From a virus (Duplodnaviria; Heunggongvirae; Uroviricota; Caudoviricetes), in IMG/VR virus record IMGVR_UViG_2718217897_000001, positions 1 through 45,266 of that record: 45,266 nucleotides of DNA. One strand, given 5' to 3'. Within the stretch, counting starts at the first letter, position 1. The number at the start of each line of letters is the position of its first letter. The notes under the pieces are model-generated. The model was not told the DNA's origin. It saw only the letters and a list, made by a program, of their open reading frames with translations, and made no database searches. Below, one piece after another: positions 1 to 9,325 of the stretch. The translations under genes and the position numbers were made by a program.

Positions 1-897
1 TCATTTTAATACCTCTTTGTTTACTGGGGTTAATATCTGAGATGGTAGTTCTGAAAGATTCTCTTGTTCAAGTATATGTTGAAAGCTTTTATTCATCATT
101 ATGATGTTAAAAATCTCATTTACTATTAGTAGGTTGGTTTTTATGAATTTTGAGTTGTTATAAACAGATTTATGTTCAGCGATACTATTTTCATAAAGCT
201 CAATCAACTCCTCTGCAGTCATCCTTTTTGATGGTTTGTGATAATAAAATCCGGCTGCTTTTGCACCTTTATTTCCAACTGTTCTTTGATTTAGAATGTG
301 TTTTATCTTTATAATGTCCCGACTTTTTATTAATTTTTTATCATATGCTTCGGTAAGAATATCTTGTGCTTCCTCAGTTTCACATCTTGCAAATTGCACT
401 GCGAGATACAGAGGCAAATTACCCCGTTCGACTGCTGAGAGAAGTTTATGCTCTCCCTTATCAAGTAGCATATTAATACTGCTCACCCAGTTCGATGAAT
501 ATCCAGTAATCTCACTTATTTCGGAGTCTGAAAGTCCTCTGATTTTCATGTCTTTAATCACCTGTAATAACTCATTAGAACGTGGTCTTCTCCTTGCAAT
601 GTTTTCAACTAAACTCATAACGTAAGCATCTTCTTCTGATACATCTCTTATAATTGCTGGAATAATAGTTTCACCTAATGCAACGAGAGCCTCTATTCTC
701 CCTTGACCACAAATTAAAGCATATTTGAAATCGCCTTCATCAATAGCTCTTACGCTTATAGGCTTGCTTAATCCTCTTTTTTTTATGCTTTCCTTTATTT
801 CTTCATGCACTACCTTATTTCTTGTTCGTGGGTTAAGAAATTTTATTTTTGCAATCTCAATTTGAATTATTGGGAATTCATTTTTTTCAGGCAGCAT
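1..897 (-). CDS. ParB-like protein (ParB/Srx N-terminal domain followed by HTH)
   Basis: Complete 298-aa ORF with stop at 1-3. Contains a GxxRxxA-type ParB box (ICGQGRIEAL) and a downstream HTH-like segment. Overlaps the upstream recombinase gene by 11 nt, so likely co-transcribed. AT-rich by eye. Confidence 0.55.
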   Translation of the reverse strand: MLPEKNEFPIIQIEIAKIKFLNPRTRNKVVHEEIKESIKKRGLSKPISVRAIDEGDFKYALICGQGRIEALVALGETIIPAIIRDVSEEDAYVMSLVENIARRRPRSNELLQVIKDMKIRGLSDSEISEITGYSSNWVSSINMLLDKGEHKLLSAVERGNLPLYLAVQFARCETEEAQDILTEAYDKKLIKSRDIIKIKHILNQRTVGNKGAKAAGFYYHKPSKRMTAEELIELYENSIAEHKSVYNNSKFIKTNLLIVNEIFNIIMMNKSFQHILEQENLSELPSQILTPVNKEVLK

Positions 898-2443
898 ATA
901 GTTCCCTCACTTTCATGCGAGTAATAATTTGTAGAAGTTTATCAAGATTATCAAATCTATAGAGATCTAATCGAATGTTGTTTGTTTCCGTCATGCACAT
1001 TTTATTATATTCGTTTTCAATCTTTGGTATGATATAAAAATCAAGAGGTGAAATATTTTGTGAATTCATTCGTATAACAATTGTTATGTCTGCTTTCTGT
1101 GAGTTATCAAACCGGACTTTCCATCTAAGTTTACCTGATTTCATATGTATGCATTTAGTAACAAGGACGGAAATTAAAAACTCATCATTGATGTAAAGCA
1201 TTGGGGCATATTTATACTCGTCTATATGACAGTTGCTTTTTAAAATTTCACCCTTAAAATCCTCAATTATCTCTGAGTAAAATGATCTTAGTGCTTCATT
1301 TATTTTGAGATAGCTGTAATCATGTTCTGGCTTATAACCAATCAAAGTATATGCTCTTAAAAGACCACCAAATCGGGTTCTATAAACAGAAGATGAAGGG
1401 CCTGTATCATCTTCATCAATGATAAAGCCTGATAGTTTTCCATTAGATTCTAATTTTTGTTTTAGTTTTTCTAATAGATCTTCATTAGTCAAATGAATGG
1501 ATCGGAGCTGAATTATTTCTTGAGCTTTATTGTATTTTTTCTTTGAAATAATAGGTTTATATGCCTTGTCACATCTAACCCATTCATGTTTGGGGTTTTT
1601 TACAAGCCTACTTTTTAATTTAGATGAGGTTTTGTTATATATGTTGTTTCCAATATATTTTTCATTTGTCAAAATTTGATGTATTTTTGCACGAGTCCAT
1701 AATGTACCATTTTCTGCAGGTATGTTCTGTTCATTTAATCTCTCAGCAATAATGAATTCTGGGACGTTATTATCTATAAAGAGATCATATATTCTATTTA
1801 CAATTTTTATTTCATTTTTTGGTCCCGGAATTAATATTACCCTATCTGTTTGAATACTCTTTCTTTTGCGGAAACTCAATATTTCTTTAGCTATGCCATT
1901 TTCGTCTACTAAAAGACGTCTCAGCCCATAACCAGCCATACCGCCTTGATGATAACCAAGCTTTATTAAATTTACTTGCCCTATAAATACCTTTTCAGAT
2001 AGATTCCTGCTGTGATATGCAGCACTAGATCTTTTTATATTCAGTATAACAGAGGACTCTAAAGGGAAATCTTTAGTGGGTATAGGTTCGGAACAATATA
2101 TAAGATCTACACCATTTCTCTCAAATAGAAAGGAATAATATGCCGCTTCATCACTATTTTGAAAACGACCAAAACGGCTCACATCATAAAATAATACAGC
2201 CTGTATATCTATTTTCTTTTGTTCTACATCGCTAAGTAACTGCTGCAAAGAATGCCTGCCTACGATACTGACTCCGCTCTTACCTGAATCATCGTAGGTA
2301 TAAGCGATTTCCATATTGTTCTTTTCAGCATAATCTTTGATATATTCGGACTGATTATGTAAAGAATATTGCTGATGGTCGGTAGACATCCTCAAGTACT
2401 GCGCGACCCTAACTCTATGATTTTTGTCATTTTCGCTAGCCAT
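887..2443 (-). CDS. large serine recombinase (resolvase-type catalytic domain plus recombinase domain)
   Basis: 518-aa ORF. N-terminus has the resolvase signature (YLRMSTDHQ with catalytic Ser, later DVSRFGR). Long C-terminal extension typical of large serine recombinases. AT-rich codon usage. Confidence 0.7.
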   Translation of the reverse strand: MASENDKNHRVRVAQYLRMSTDHQQYSLHNQSEYIKDYAEKNNMEIAYTYDDSGKSGVSIVGRHSLQQLLSDVEQKKIDIQAVLFYDVSRFGRFQNSDEAAYYSFLFERNGVDLIYCSEPIPTKDFPLESSVILNIKRSSAAYHSRNLSEKVFIGQVNLIKLGYHQGGMAGYGLRRLLVDENGIAKEILSFRKRKSIQTDRVILIPGPKNEIKIVNRIYDLFIDNNVPEFIIAERLNEQNIPAENGTLWTRAKIHQILTNEKYIGNNIYNKTSSKLKSRLVKNPKHEWVRCDKAYKPIISKKKYNKAQEIIQLRSIHLTNEDLLEKLKQKLESNGKLSGFIIDEDDTGPSSSVYRTRFGGLLRAYTLIGYKPEHDYSYLKINEALRSFYSEIIEDFKGEILKSNCHIDEYKYAPMLYINDEFLISVLVTKCIHMKSGKLRWKVRFDNSQKADITIVIRMNSQNISPLDFYIIPKIENEYNKMCMTETNNIRLDLYRFDNLDKLLQIITRMKVRELYAA

Positions 2444-2725
2444 GCACGAAACCTCATGGATGATTCAATACAATGTAGTGGATAAAATTGATCAAATTTT
2501 AACCGAATTCAACTGTTTTATCATTGATTAGAGCGAATTTGGTAGATCTTCGAGGTGTATGATAATCGAGAAGAGATGTGAATTATTTAGCTGATATGAC
2601 CGACAGCTTTCGTTATGTGGACTCAATGTCCCCATTTGTAAATGGCTATGCTTAGTCCACATAGGTTAATGGTGTGATTATTAATTCTTTAACTAAATCA
2701 AGATAGTTAATCCATCATGGGAGAG

Positions 2726-3955
2726 TTATGCGGCAATAACTTTGCATTTTTGAGACGAAACATAGTCACTCCACCATTGCATGAGAACCACCCGTTCAGT
2801 GAGATACTCTGCACGATTGTAGGCTGCAATTATTTCATCTTTCTTCGAGTGGGCAAGGGCGGCTTCTAAGACATCAGTCCTAAACTTGCCAGACTCCTCA
2901 GCAGCCGTTCTAGCAATGGATCGCATACCGTGAGCTACAAGCTCACCTCCGAAACCCATACGGATTATGGCCGCATTAGCTGTTTGTTCATGCATGTGAT
3001 TGAGTGGAGCTTTGATACTGGGGAACACCCACTCTCTATGCCCGCTGATGACTTTCATTAAATCCAAAACTCGCAAAGCTTCTTTGCTCAGTGGAACTTT
3101 GTGAGGCTTCTTCATTTTCATAAACTCCGCCGGGATGTTCCACATGCCAGTTTCAATATCAATATCTGACCATCTTGTGCGAACAGCTTCACCTGGGCGA
3201 ACCCATGTGAGAAGTTGCCACTCAATCAGTAGCCTTGTTTCCAAACGGATAGAAGCATTGTTTAGAGCAACCAAGAAGCGAGGGAGTTCGGAAGGGGGTA
3301 ATGCTGGCATATTCTGTTTTTTTGGCTTGCTGAACCGTTGCCCCAGGTTGTCTGCCGGGTTGAATTCTATGAGTTCTTCTGTTGCTGCATAGCGGAAAAT
3401 TTCATTCAGGCGGGATATGATGCGGCGAAGTGTTTCAAGGACACCTCGTTTTTCTATGGGTTCTAAATGCTGTTTAAGCATTTTAGGGCGAATCTCCTTA
3501 ATTGGGGTATCACCCAATGTGGAAAAGATATTTCTCTCTAGGCTTCGCCAGATGTCGTTAGCATGATCTTGGGAGATGCCTGACGTTTTGACTTTCTCAT
3601 CAAGCCACTTCTTGGCTACTGCTTGAAATGTATGTTCCGTGGCATCTTTCAGTGCATTGGCTTTTTGGTTGTTATGAACTTGGGGGTCTATACCATTTGT
3701 AAGCAACGACAAGTATTCATCACGTAAAGCTCGTGCCTTCGCAAGTGTAAGGTGAGGATAGGTTCCTAAGCTCACCTTAGTTCGCTTTTTGGTCACAGGC
3801 ACTGCATATCTGAAATACCAATTTTTCTTCCCTCCCTTCGCCAGGGGAGCGATTCGCAACAGCAAACCATCGCCGTCAAAAAGGTTAACCTCTTTTTCGG
3901 CAGGTTTGGTGCTTTTGATTTCAGTGTCAGTGAGCTTCTTAGCGATTTTGGCCAT
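2726..3955 (-). CDS. intA: tyrosine integrase, P4/IntA (CP4-57) family
   Basis: Translation from MAKIAKKLTDTEIK resembles the N-terminus of E. coli IntA/SlpA, with C-terminal HGxRS and AYNR motifs. The ORF track extends to 4036, but the ATG at 3955 is the likelier start. Lies ~165 bp downstream of a displaced ssrA 3'-end copy, as intA does relative to ssrA in K-12. Confidence 0.8.
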   Translation of the reverse strand: MAKIAKKLTDTEIKSTKPAEKEVNLFDGDGLLLRIAPLAKGGKKNWYFRYAVPVTKKRTKVSLGTYPHLTLAKARALRDEYLSLLTNGIDPQVHNNQKANALKDATEHTFQAVAKKWLDEKVKTSGISQDHANDIWRSLERNIFSTLGDTPIKEIRPKMLKQHLEPIEKRGVLETLRRIISRLNEIFRYAATEELIEFNPADNLGQRFSKPKKQNMPALPPSELPRFLVALNNASIRLETRLLIEWQLLTWVRPGEAVRTRWSDIDIETGMWNIPAEFMKMKKPHKVPLSKEALRVLDLMKVISGHREWVFPSIKAPLNHMHEQTANAAIIRMGFGGELVAHGMRSIARTAAEESGKFRTDVLEAALAHSKKDEIIAAYNRAEYLTERVVLMQWWSDYVSSQKCKVIAA

Positions 3956-4052
3956 GTTTGGGACCCTCGATTTTAGGACCCATCTTCGTGGGTCCCATTC
4001 AGGGTGCCATAACTCGTAGTTCTCAGCAATTCTCACTAGACTACAATAGACG

Positions 4053-4086
4053 TAAAAAAGCCCGCAGAGCTTGTGCTGTGCGGGCT
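4053..4086 (-). terminator. rho-independent terminator downstream of the displaced ssrA 3' fragment
   Basis: Stem agcccgca / tgcgggct with an A-run on the plus strand, which is a U-run for a minus-strand transcript. Confidence 0.5.
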
Positions 4087-4121
4087 TAGTAGACTTTACT
4101 GAACTTCAGTACATCAATATT

Positions 4122-4157
4122 TGGTGGAGCTGGCGGGAGTTGAACCCGTGTCTGAAA
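4122..4157 (-). repeat. displaced ssrA 3'-end copy; prophage attachment-site repeat (attR)
   Basis: tggtggagctggcgggagttgaacccgTgtcTgaaa matches the ssrA 3' end at 44865-44900 with 2 mismatches over ~36 nt. Confidence 0.85.
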
Positions 4158-4186
4158 AATATTAACCTGTTGTTTTAATTATATAT

Positions 4187-4966
4187 TTATCTGAACATGG
4201 CGTTTGCGGCGCTTTTGCGTATCTTCTCTAGACCTTTTGTAGTCCATTTCTCTGGTACAGGTGTAAACCGTAGTGCAAAATCTGCCTCCATATTATCACC
4301 ACTGAAACGTGCCACTCCACGTTCCAATTTTGTTTGCCAAGTGACTTTTTTAGTTTTACCCTCTATATCTTGATATTCAATAATTAATTTTGGACCAGTG
4401 AATGATGAAGAACCGACTAATTTAAGTCTATGTGAAAGATATGCTATATTCAATAGAATATCAATTGCCGCGGTTGGTACAAAAATGTTTTTTGACTTCT
4501 TATCTATACTATATGGTAACGAAAAATCAATATCGTAAGGTGTCGATAAAGTATTGTACATATATACTTTTCTTTCTTTTATTATTTTGAACATTCCATA
4601 CTGGGAGTCGGTTGTAAAAGATTTATCTTCTTTTTTGAATTTTTTCGAAAACAACTCTAAATATAGATTTATGTTTTTTTTATAATTAAAATCCCAATGA
4701 TATCTAAGTGAAATTGCCGCCCCCAATCCTATGTTTGAAAATTTTGTTTGTGGAAGCGTAGGGGCTTGTAAGATATCAACATGAAAACCGTTGAAATCGT
4801 TAACATTCATCTTGATATTTAAAGTGTCTATCACTAAATTGGGTTTATAAGAGAGCCTTCTTTGAAATATCGTTAACCATATTGCATATAATGCAGCAAT
4901 TGCTGAAATGAAAGTACCAACTGAAGATATGTAGGTGATTAGTTTGTCGAATGTAATTGTAATCAA
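4187..4966 (-). CDS. hypothetical membrane-anchored protein (cargo between attR and int)
   Basis: 259-aa ORF with a TTG start and a plausible GGGGA Shine-Dalgarno. One N-terminal hydrophobic helix (ISSVGTFISAIAALYAIWLTIF). Strongly AT-rich versus neighbours. No family recognised. Confidence 0.55.
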   Translation of the reverse strand: MITITFDKLITYISSVGTFISAIAALYAIWLTIFQRRLSYKPNLVIDTLNIKMNVNDFNGFHVDILQAPTLPQTKFSNIGLGAAISLRYHWDFNYKKNINLYLELFSKKFKKEDKSFTTDSQYGMFKIIKERKVYMYNTLSTPYDIDFSLPYSIDKKSKNIFVPTAAIDILLNIAYLSHRLKLVGSSSFTGPKLIIEYQDIEGKTKKVTWQTKLERGVARFSGDNMEADFALRFTPVPEKWTTKGLEKIRKSAANAMFR

Positions 4967-5007
4967 CTTTAAATCCCCGATTTTAAAAATGCGGGGATTA
5001 TTAAATA

Positions 5008-6180
5008 TTAATTATGATTATGCAAATGATTTATCGATGTAAAGTTATCATACTCTTTAAGATACGAACCATAGTGCCTGAAAAGCATCTCCGGCCCTTT
5101 ATGCCCCATTTGAGCTGCAAGCCAAAACAGGTTTGCTCCTCGGCTGATATGGCTGGTGGCGAATGTATGCCTGGTTTGATATGGGTTTCTGTAACGAATA
5201 CCTGCTTTTCGCAATGTTGGCACCCATGCTTTTTTCCTAATTGCATCAGCACTTGCCCAAGGCTTATTGGTCTTTGGATCTTCAAAGACAGTAGCATCCT
5301 TCATGAATGTAAATGGCTTCTGATTTATCAGCGCCAACATTGCCTCTTCTGTCAGTTCAACTTTCCGAGTACCTGCTTTTGTCTTTGTCCCTTTGATAAC
5401 ACCGACAACACTTGCGCTCTGGACATGGGCAGTTTTTCCAACAAAGTCGATATCACGCCATCGAAGGGCACATAATTCAGAACTACGCAGGCCTGTATGT
5501 ATAGCGAACCGGAACAGATTTTCCCATTGTTTGTTTCCGGCTGCTGCTAGTAATGCATCAACTTCTGCTGGTGATAGCGGATCAACTACGTAGCTGCTTT
5601 CTGCTTCTGACTTATCACTTTGGTAGCGCGAAGCTGTTACTAACGATACGGGGTTAATTTGAAGTACCCCATCGGTCACGGCTTCATCAAGTGCTGACCG
5701 CAGGAAAGATAACTGGTTGCGAATGGTTTTTAAGGTCGTTTTCTGGCTTTGAATCCACGCTTTCAGGGTTGCTGGTGTTAATTCACTTGCAGGGCAAATG
5801 TGAAGTGAGGCTAACGCACTACGGCATTTTTTATAACCACCGATCGTGGATGGTGAAAGTTTCCTCGTTTCGCAGATTTCAAGGTATTCGTCCAGGTACA
5901 TTTTTACCGTTTTGCCTGCAGCAGCATTACCAAAAATTTTCAAACGAGCAGAACGGGGAAAATATTCCGCATAAATGAATGTTCCCCTTTCGATCTTATT
6001 ATGAATTTCGCCGAGTGTGCGCTCAGCGTATTTAATGTTCTTTGGTGTTACTTCCAGATTGGAAAGAGGCTCACGACATTTAACTCCTTTGTAGGTGAAA
6101 GTTATATTGATCGTTTCGCCCTGGCGGTGTTTCCTGATTGTTACGCCGCGCGGTAGTTTGAGCAGTTTTGTCTGGCCCAT
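5008..6180 (-). CDS. int: phage tyrosine integrase
   Basis: 390 aa. C-terminal catalytic region has R...HxxR...Y-type motifs (YQTRHTFAT, GHKGPEMLFRHYGSY). Adjacent to attR and an excisionase gene. Confidence 0.85.
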   Translation of the reverse strand: MGQTKLLKLPRGVTIRKHRQGETINITFTYKGVKCREPLSNLEVTPKNIKYAERTLGEIHNKIERGTFIYAEYFPRSARLKIFGNAAAGKTVKMYLDEYLEICETRKLSPSTIGGYKKCRSALASLHICPASELTPATLKAWIQSQKTTLKTIRNQLSFLRSALDEAVTDGVLQINPVSLVTASRYQSDKSEAESSYVVDPLSPAEVDALLAAAGNKQWENLFRFAIHTGLRSSELCALRWRDIDFVGKTAHVQSASVVGVIKGTKTKAGTRKVELTEEAMLALINQKPFTFMKDATVFEDPKTNKPWASADAIRKKAWVPTLRKAGIRYRNPYQTRHTFATSHISRGANLFWLAAQMGHKGPEMLFRHYGSYLKEYDNFTSINHLHNHN

Positions 6181-6359
6181 TTTGCAACCTCACTAAGATC
6201 AATCCACCTCTCCTTAACGCCTTCAACCTTTAAAACCTGAACACCTTCACGCCAAACACCGCGCTGTACACGTTTGTTTATTGCTTCAGGAGTTTCGCCA
6301 GTTTCTTTGCAATAAGTTGAGATTGGAACACAATCGAGGTTCAGCATATGTTTCTCCAC
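6141..6359 (-). CDS. xis: excisionase-like DNA-binding protein
   Basis: 72-aa ORF immediately upstream of and overlapping int. Small basic winged-helix-like sequence. Confidence 0.5.
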   Translation of the reverse strand: MEKHMLNLDCVPISTYCKETGETPEAINKRVQRGVWREGVQVLKVEGVKERWIDLSEVAKWARQNCSNYRAA

Positions 6360-6406
6360 TTAGCCCGCTGCACACGGGCAGTAATATCAAATTCCAGTCC
6401 TGATAA

Positions 6407-6622
6407 TTAATTTTGTTCCCTGGTTGCTACCTGTTTTATTGGCCTGATGCTGTCCAGTAGCAGACGGCGACGCATGTTAGGTGCACCCCAACGGTAACCA
6501 GTCTTTTTGTCGTAGGATTCACAACGTCCGGCAACCCAGGACGTTTCAGTGGAATGTAATTTCATCCGCTTTTCACCGTCTCGGGTGATAACAATTCCTG
6601 TATGAGTTTTTATCACGCTCAT
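6407..6622 (-). CDS. hypothetical early protein
   Basis: 71-aa ORF, translationally coupled to the upstream gene (ATGA overlap at 6619-6622). Confidence 0.4.
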   Translation of the reverse strand: MSVIKTHTGIVITRDGEKRMKLHSTETSWVAGRCESYDKKTGYRWGAPNMRRRLLLDSIRPIKQVATREQN

Positions 6623-6981
6623 TTCTTAGTCTCCGGTGCTTTCGGTATTACTGCCCAGTGAGTGATATTGACGTTTTCAAGGTCCCCGACTTGAAATGTC
6701 CACTGCCATTCTCCGGTTTCTTTTTGCCCCCATGTGTACCAGAGAGAACGCCAGCCAATCAGCCAGCCTTCTCCGTTAGCATCAAATAACAGAACACTTT
6801 CATTTGCTGGCGGCAGTTCAGCTGACACTGGTATTACTTTGTTTTCCAGTGCTGCACATTTAGCTTCAAGCGCATCAAATTTACGCACCAGGTATTCAGC
6901 ATCCGTTTCATTCACTTTCAGATCTCGCGGTACACATTTCCCGCGCAGAAACCCTTCCATTTCGAAAACATTCATGCGCAT
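6619..6981 (-). CDS. hypothetical early protein (YfdS-like size and position)
   Basis: 120-aa ORF in the early-left operon. Confidence 0.45.
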   Translation of the reverse strand: MRMNVFEMEGFLRGKCVPRDLKVNETDAEYLVRKFDALEAKCAALENKVIPVSAELPPANESVLLFDANGEGWLIGWRSLWYTWGQKETGEWQWTFQVGDLENVNITHWAVIPKAPETKK

Positions 6982-7535
6982 TTGTGTAACTCCGATAATT
7001 CGTTAAAGCGTTCCATAAACATCCCGTAGGCATGGCCTGGAGCCAGTGGAATCACGTTGAACATCTCTGTTGCCGGGATGCCTTCCAGTACAGGCCAGAA
7101 AGAGCCATCATCAAGCCCGAGATCGCGGCGTTCGGTTGCCAGCATGATGAGATCGGCATATTTCACGGGCGTACTCATAACTGGGGGTAATCCGTATTTC
7201 TCACGGATTACGGAGTCTATTTTTTCTTCCATTTGTTTATAGTCAGGAAGAAGGCGTTTCAGTGGTGTGGGAATGTCCTGGCAATACGCTTCTGTTGCAT
7301 CATGCATTAACGCTTCAAAAGCAAATTCCTGCGGCACCAGCTGGCTGCAAAGAACCGCATGTTGGGCGACGCTGTAGAAGTGCGAAAGATGACCGGCAAA
7401 GCGACAGATATTTGAAAGGGAAACCGCGATATCGTTAATATCGATGTCGTCTTTATTTATCCTGTCATAATAAAAATGCTTCCCGGAAAAAGTTTTAATA
7501 AATGACATTTTGTTCTCCACGTATATGCGCTGCAC
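6972..7535 (-). CDS. HD-domain phosphohydrolase (YfdR-like)
   Basis: H...HD motif spacing (HLSHFYSVAQHAV ... LMHDATEAY). Confidence 0.55.
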   Translation of the reverse strand: MQRIYVENKMSFIKTFSGKHFYYDRINKDDIDINDIAVSLSNICRFAGHLSHFYSVAQHAVLCSQLVPQEFAFEALMHDATEAYCQDIPTPLKRLLPDYKQMEEKIDSVIREKYGLPPVMSTPVKYADLIMLATERRDLGLDDGSFWPVLEGIPATEMFNVIPLAPGHAYGMFMERFNELSELHKCA

Positions 7536-7635
7536 CGCGCTGAATTCTGGTAAAAAGAATCCCTCACCATCCGGCGATTATTGAGTAAATTACGTTTCCA
7601 TAAATGCCCCCGCAGGGGCATTTGCAGTAATGAAA

Positions 7636-8460
7636 TCAGGCGGTGAAAGTACCAATAAAGGTTTCTACTTTGCTGTCCTTGAATTTCTCAACAAGCAGAT
7701 CACGAAATTCGTTAGCCATTTCTTCCTGCACCGCCTCCAGCTGAATAATGCGCAGAACCAGTACCGGACGATCGCCAGTGATAATGCTGAGGCGTAATTT
7801 AAACGGACGTTCTTTCAGACCTTCAAACGGAATGCATTTAAATTCAAATGCCACTGGCATAATGTCTTTGGTCTTCGCTTCGACAGACTCCATCAGGGAG
7901 CGTTTGCCGCTGAAGTCATTATCTTCAAAATCAGCGGTCTGGTTTGCTTCAATCGTGATTTTACGGACCGCCGCAGCCGCTTTTGTTGCCTGAATGGTGT
8001 CACCATTAGCATCAAAGCCCACAAGGTAGTCGGCCCAGTCTTCAATCCATTCTGCCAGTGATTTCTGGGAGTTACGCTCGCCATTAACAGACAACAGAGC
8101 AGAGAACGGTGCTGTCTTTTTCAGTTTGAGAGTGGCGGTGTTATCTGCGTGACCTGGTTCATCAATAGTACCCAGGTTAAGCACACTGACGGCACGCATA
8201 TTATCAGCATCGATAAAGCAGCGGGTGCCTTCATCTGCAAGATCTTTAGAATAACGGGTAAAGTCATCGATGCTGGCAGTGGAAAGCGCACCACGGAAAC
8301 GGAAGCGATTTAAATTAAATTTTTCCAGATCATGAATGCGGAAATTCTCAGGCAATGCCACAGCATCGGCACCAATCTTACTGATAATTTCATTAACACC
8401 CTGAGCAGAAATAAGGGCATGGATTTGATTAATTGCGGTTGCGTCTAAGTTCTGAGACAT
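7636..8460 (-). CDS. DUF2303/YfdQ-like phage protein
   Basis: 274 aa; length and position match YfdQ of the CPS-53 prophage. Family assignment is from memory. Confidence 0.5.
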   Translation of the reverse strand: MSQNLDATAINQIHALISAQGVNEIISKIGADAVALPENFRIHDLEKFNLNRFRFRGALSTASIDDFTRYSKDLADEGTRCFIDADNMRAVSVLNLGTIDEPGHADNTATLKLKKTAPFSALLSVNGERNSQKSLAEWIEDWADYLVGFDANGDTIQATKAAAAVRKITIEANQTADFEDNDFSGKRSLMESVEAKTKDIMPVAFEFKCIPFEGLKERPFKLRLSIITGDRPVLVLRIIQLEAVQEEMANEFRDLLVEKFKDSKVETFIGTFTA

Positions 8461-8525
8461 AATAAGTCCTCACTATATAAAGATATTCAGTGATGAGATA
8501 AATAATCAGTTAATTAAGAACGATA

Positions 8526-8888
8526 TTAATGACCTGCTGCGCGGAGTTTTCCGTCAGGTTCACCGGCAAGAGTCAGTAATTGTCCCTGGTCTTCCTGCAG
8601 AATAGTCAGGCGACCACCGCGATTGACATACATCGGCGTTTCGGTGGTGTCTTCTTCGGAAATTTTCCCGCGGTTAGTCGGGCGAACATATGAGAGTTTG
8701 TGTTTGATTTTCACACGGTTCTCATCAAATGGTTCGATTTCCAGGTTGAGTGAGACCTTACCTTTGGTTTTCGTGTTCATCACACCGGAAGCGACTTCAC
8801 TGAGAACTGCGCCGATTTTGGTTTCAAATACGCCGCCGTCCAGCTCCCCGATAAATGCCTGCACATCAGTACTGCGTTCGCTAGCCAT
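8526..8888 (-). CDS. hypothetical early protein (YfdP-like, 120 aa)
   Basis: ATG at 8888 preceded by GAGGAG. The longer track ORF to 9206 runs through a GC-rich non-coding region and is rejected. Confidence 0.5.
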   Translation of the reverse strand: MASERSTDVQAFIGELDGGVFETKIGAVLSEVASGVMNTKTKGKVSLNLEIEPFDENRVKIKHKLSYVRPTNRGKISEEDTTETPMYVNRGGRLTILQEDQGQLLTLAGEPDGKLRAAGH

Positions 8889-8899
8889 TTTGCTGCTCC

Positions 8900-9320
8900 T
8901 CATCATATCGACCCTGCAAGGCCGATTAGTTTCTCCACAAAACAGAGAAGAACACCTGCGGTAGCAGCCGCCCGGATGGATTGGGTTATGAGCCCGTCGT
9001 CCGGTGATGCTCTTCTCTGTTTTGTAAAAAGGACGGTACCAGCCGGAAGCAAGGGTACAAACTGGTACCGCCAGGACTACACACAGCATAAAGTTGTGGT
9101 GCCGGGTGCCTCCCGGTGCCTGGCGAAGGTTGCACACCAGACGGGTGGGTATCCACAGAAGGTCGACTGTCAGCCTCAACCTTAACCCGCGTGCGCTGAG
9201 CCGCATTCACCACAACGCTAAGGATTCTCTTTGGTTGAAAATACTTAGCTGTTATGTGCCTGTCTTTTCACCACTTCAGGCTCGGTGGTATCCTTTTAAG
9301 CCCGTATACATAAAAGGAAA
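8900..9320 (-). other. GC-rich structured non-coding region inside the early-left operon (candidate ncRNA, antitermination or terminator cluster)
   Basis: No credible ORF. Contains an ~18-bp inverted repeat (acaaaacagagaagaaca ... tgctcttctctgttttgt) and further GC-rich palindromic segments. Confidence 0.3.
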
Positions 9321-9325
9321 ATCAA

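Noticed and set aside
4122-4157. Possible tRNA gene at the island junction
   Set aside because: It is only a duplicated 3' end of ssrA, the attachment-site repeat. No cloverleaf-compatible tRNA can be formed, and no other tRNA genes were seen in the window.
5014-5475. 153-aa plus-strand ORF antisense to the integrase
   Set aside because: Cys-rich low-complexity translation fully inside the integrase gene; spurious.
8889-9206. N-terminal extension of the track ORF 8526-9206 (226 aa)
   Set aside because: The extension translates GC-rich structured DNA into Arg/Leu/Pro-rich low-complexity sequence. A well-placed GAGGAG-ATG at 8888 gives a 120-aa protein, so the start was moved.
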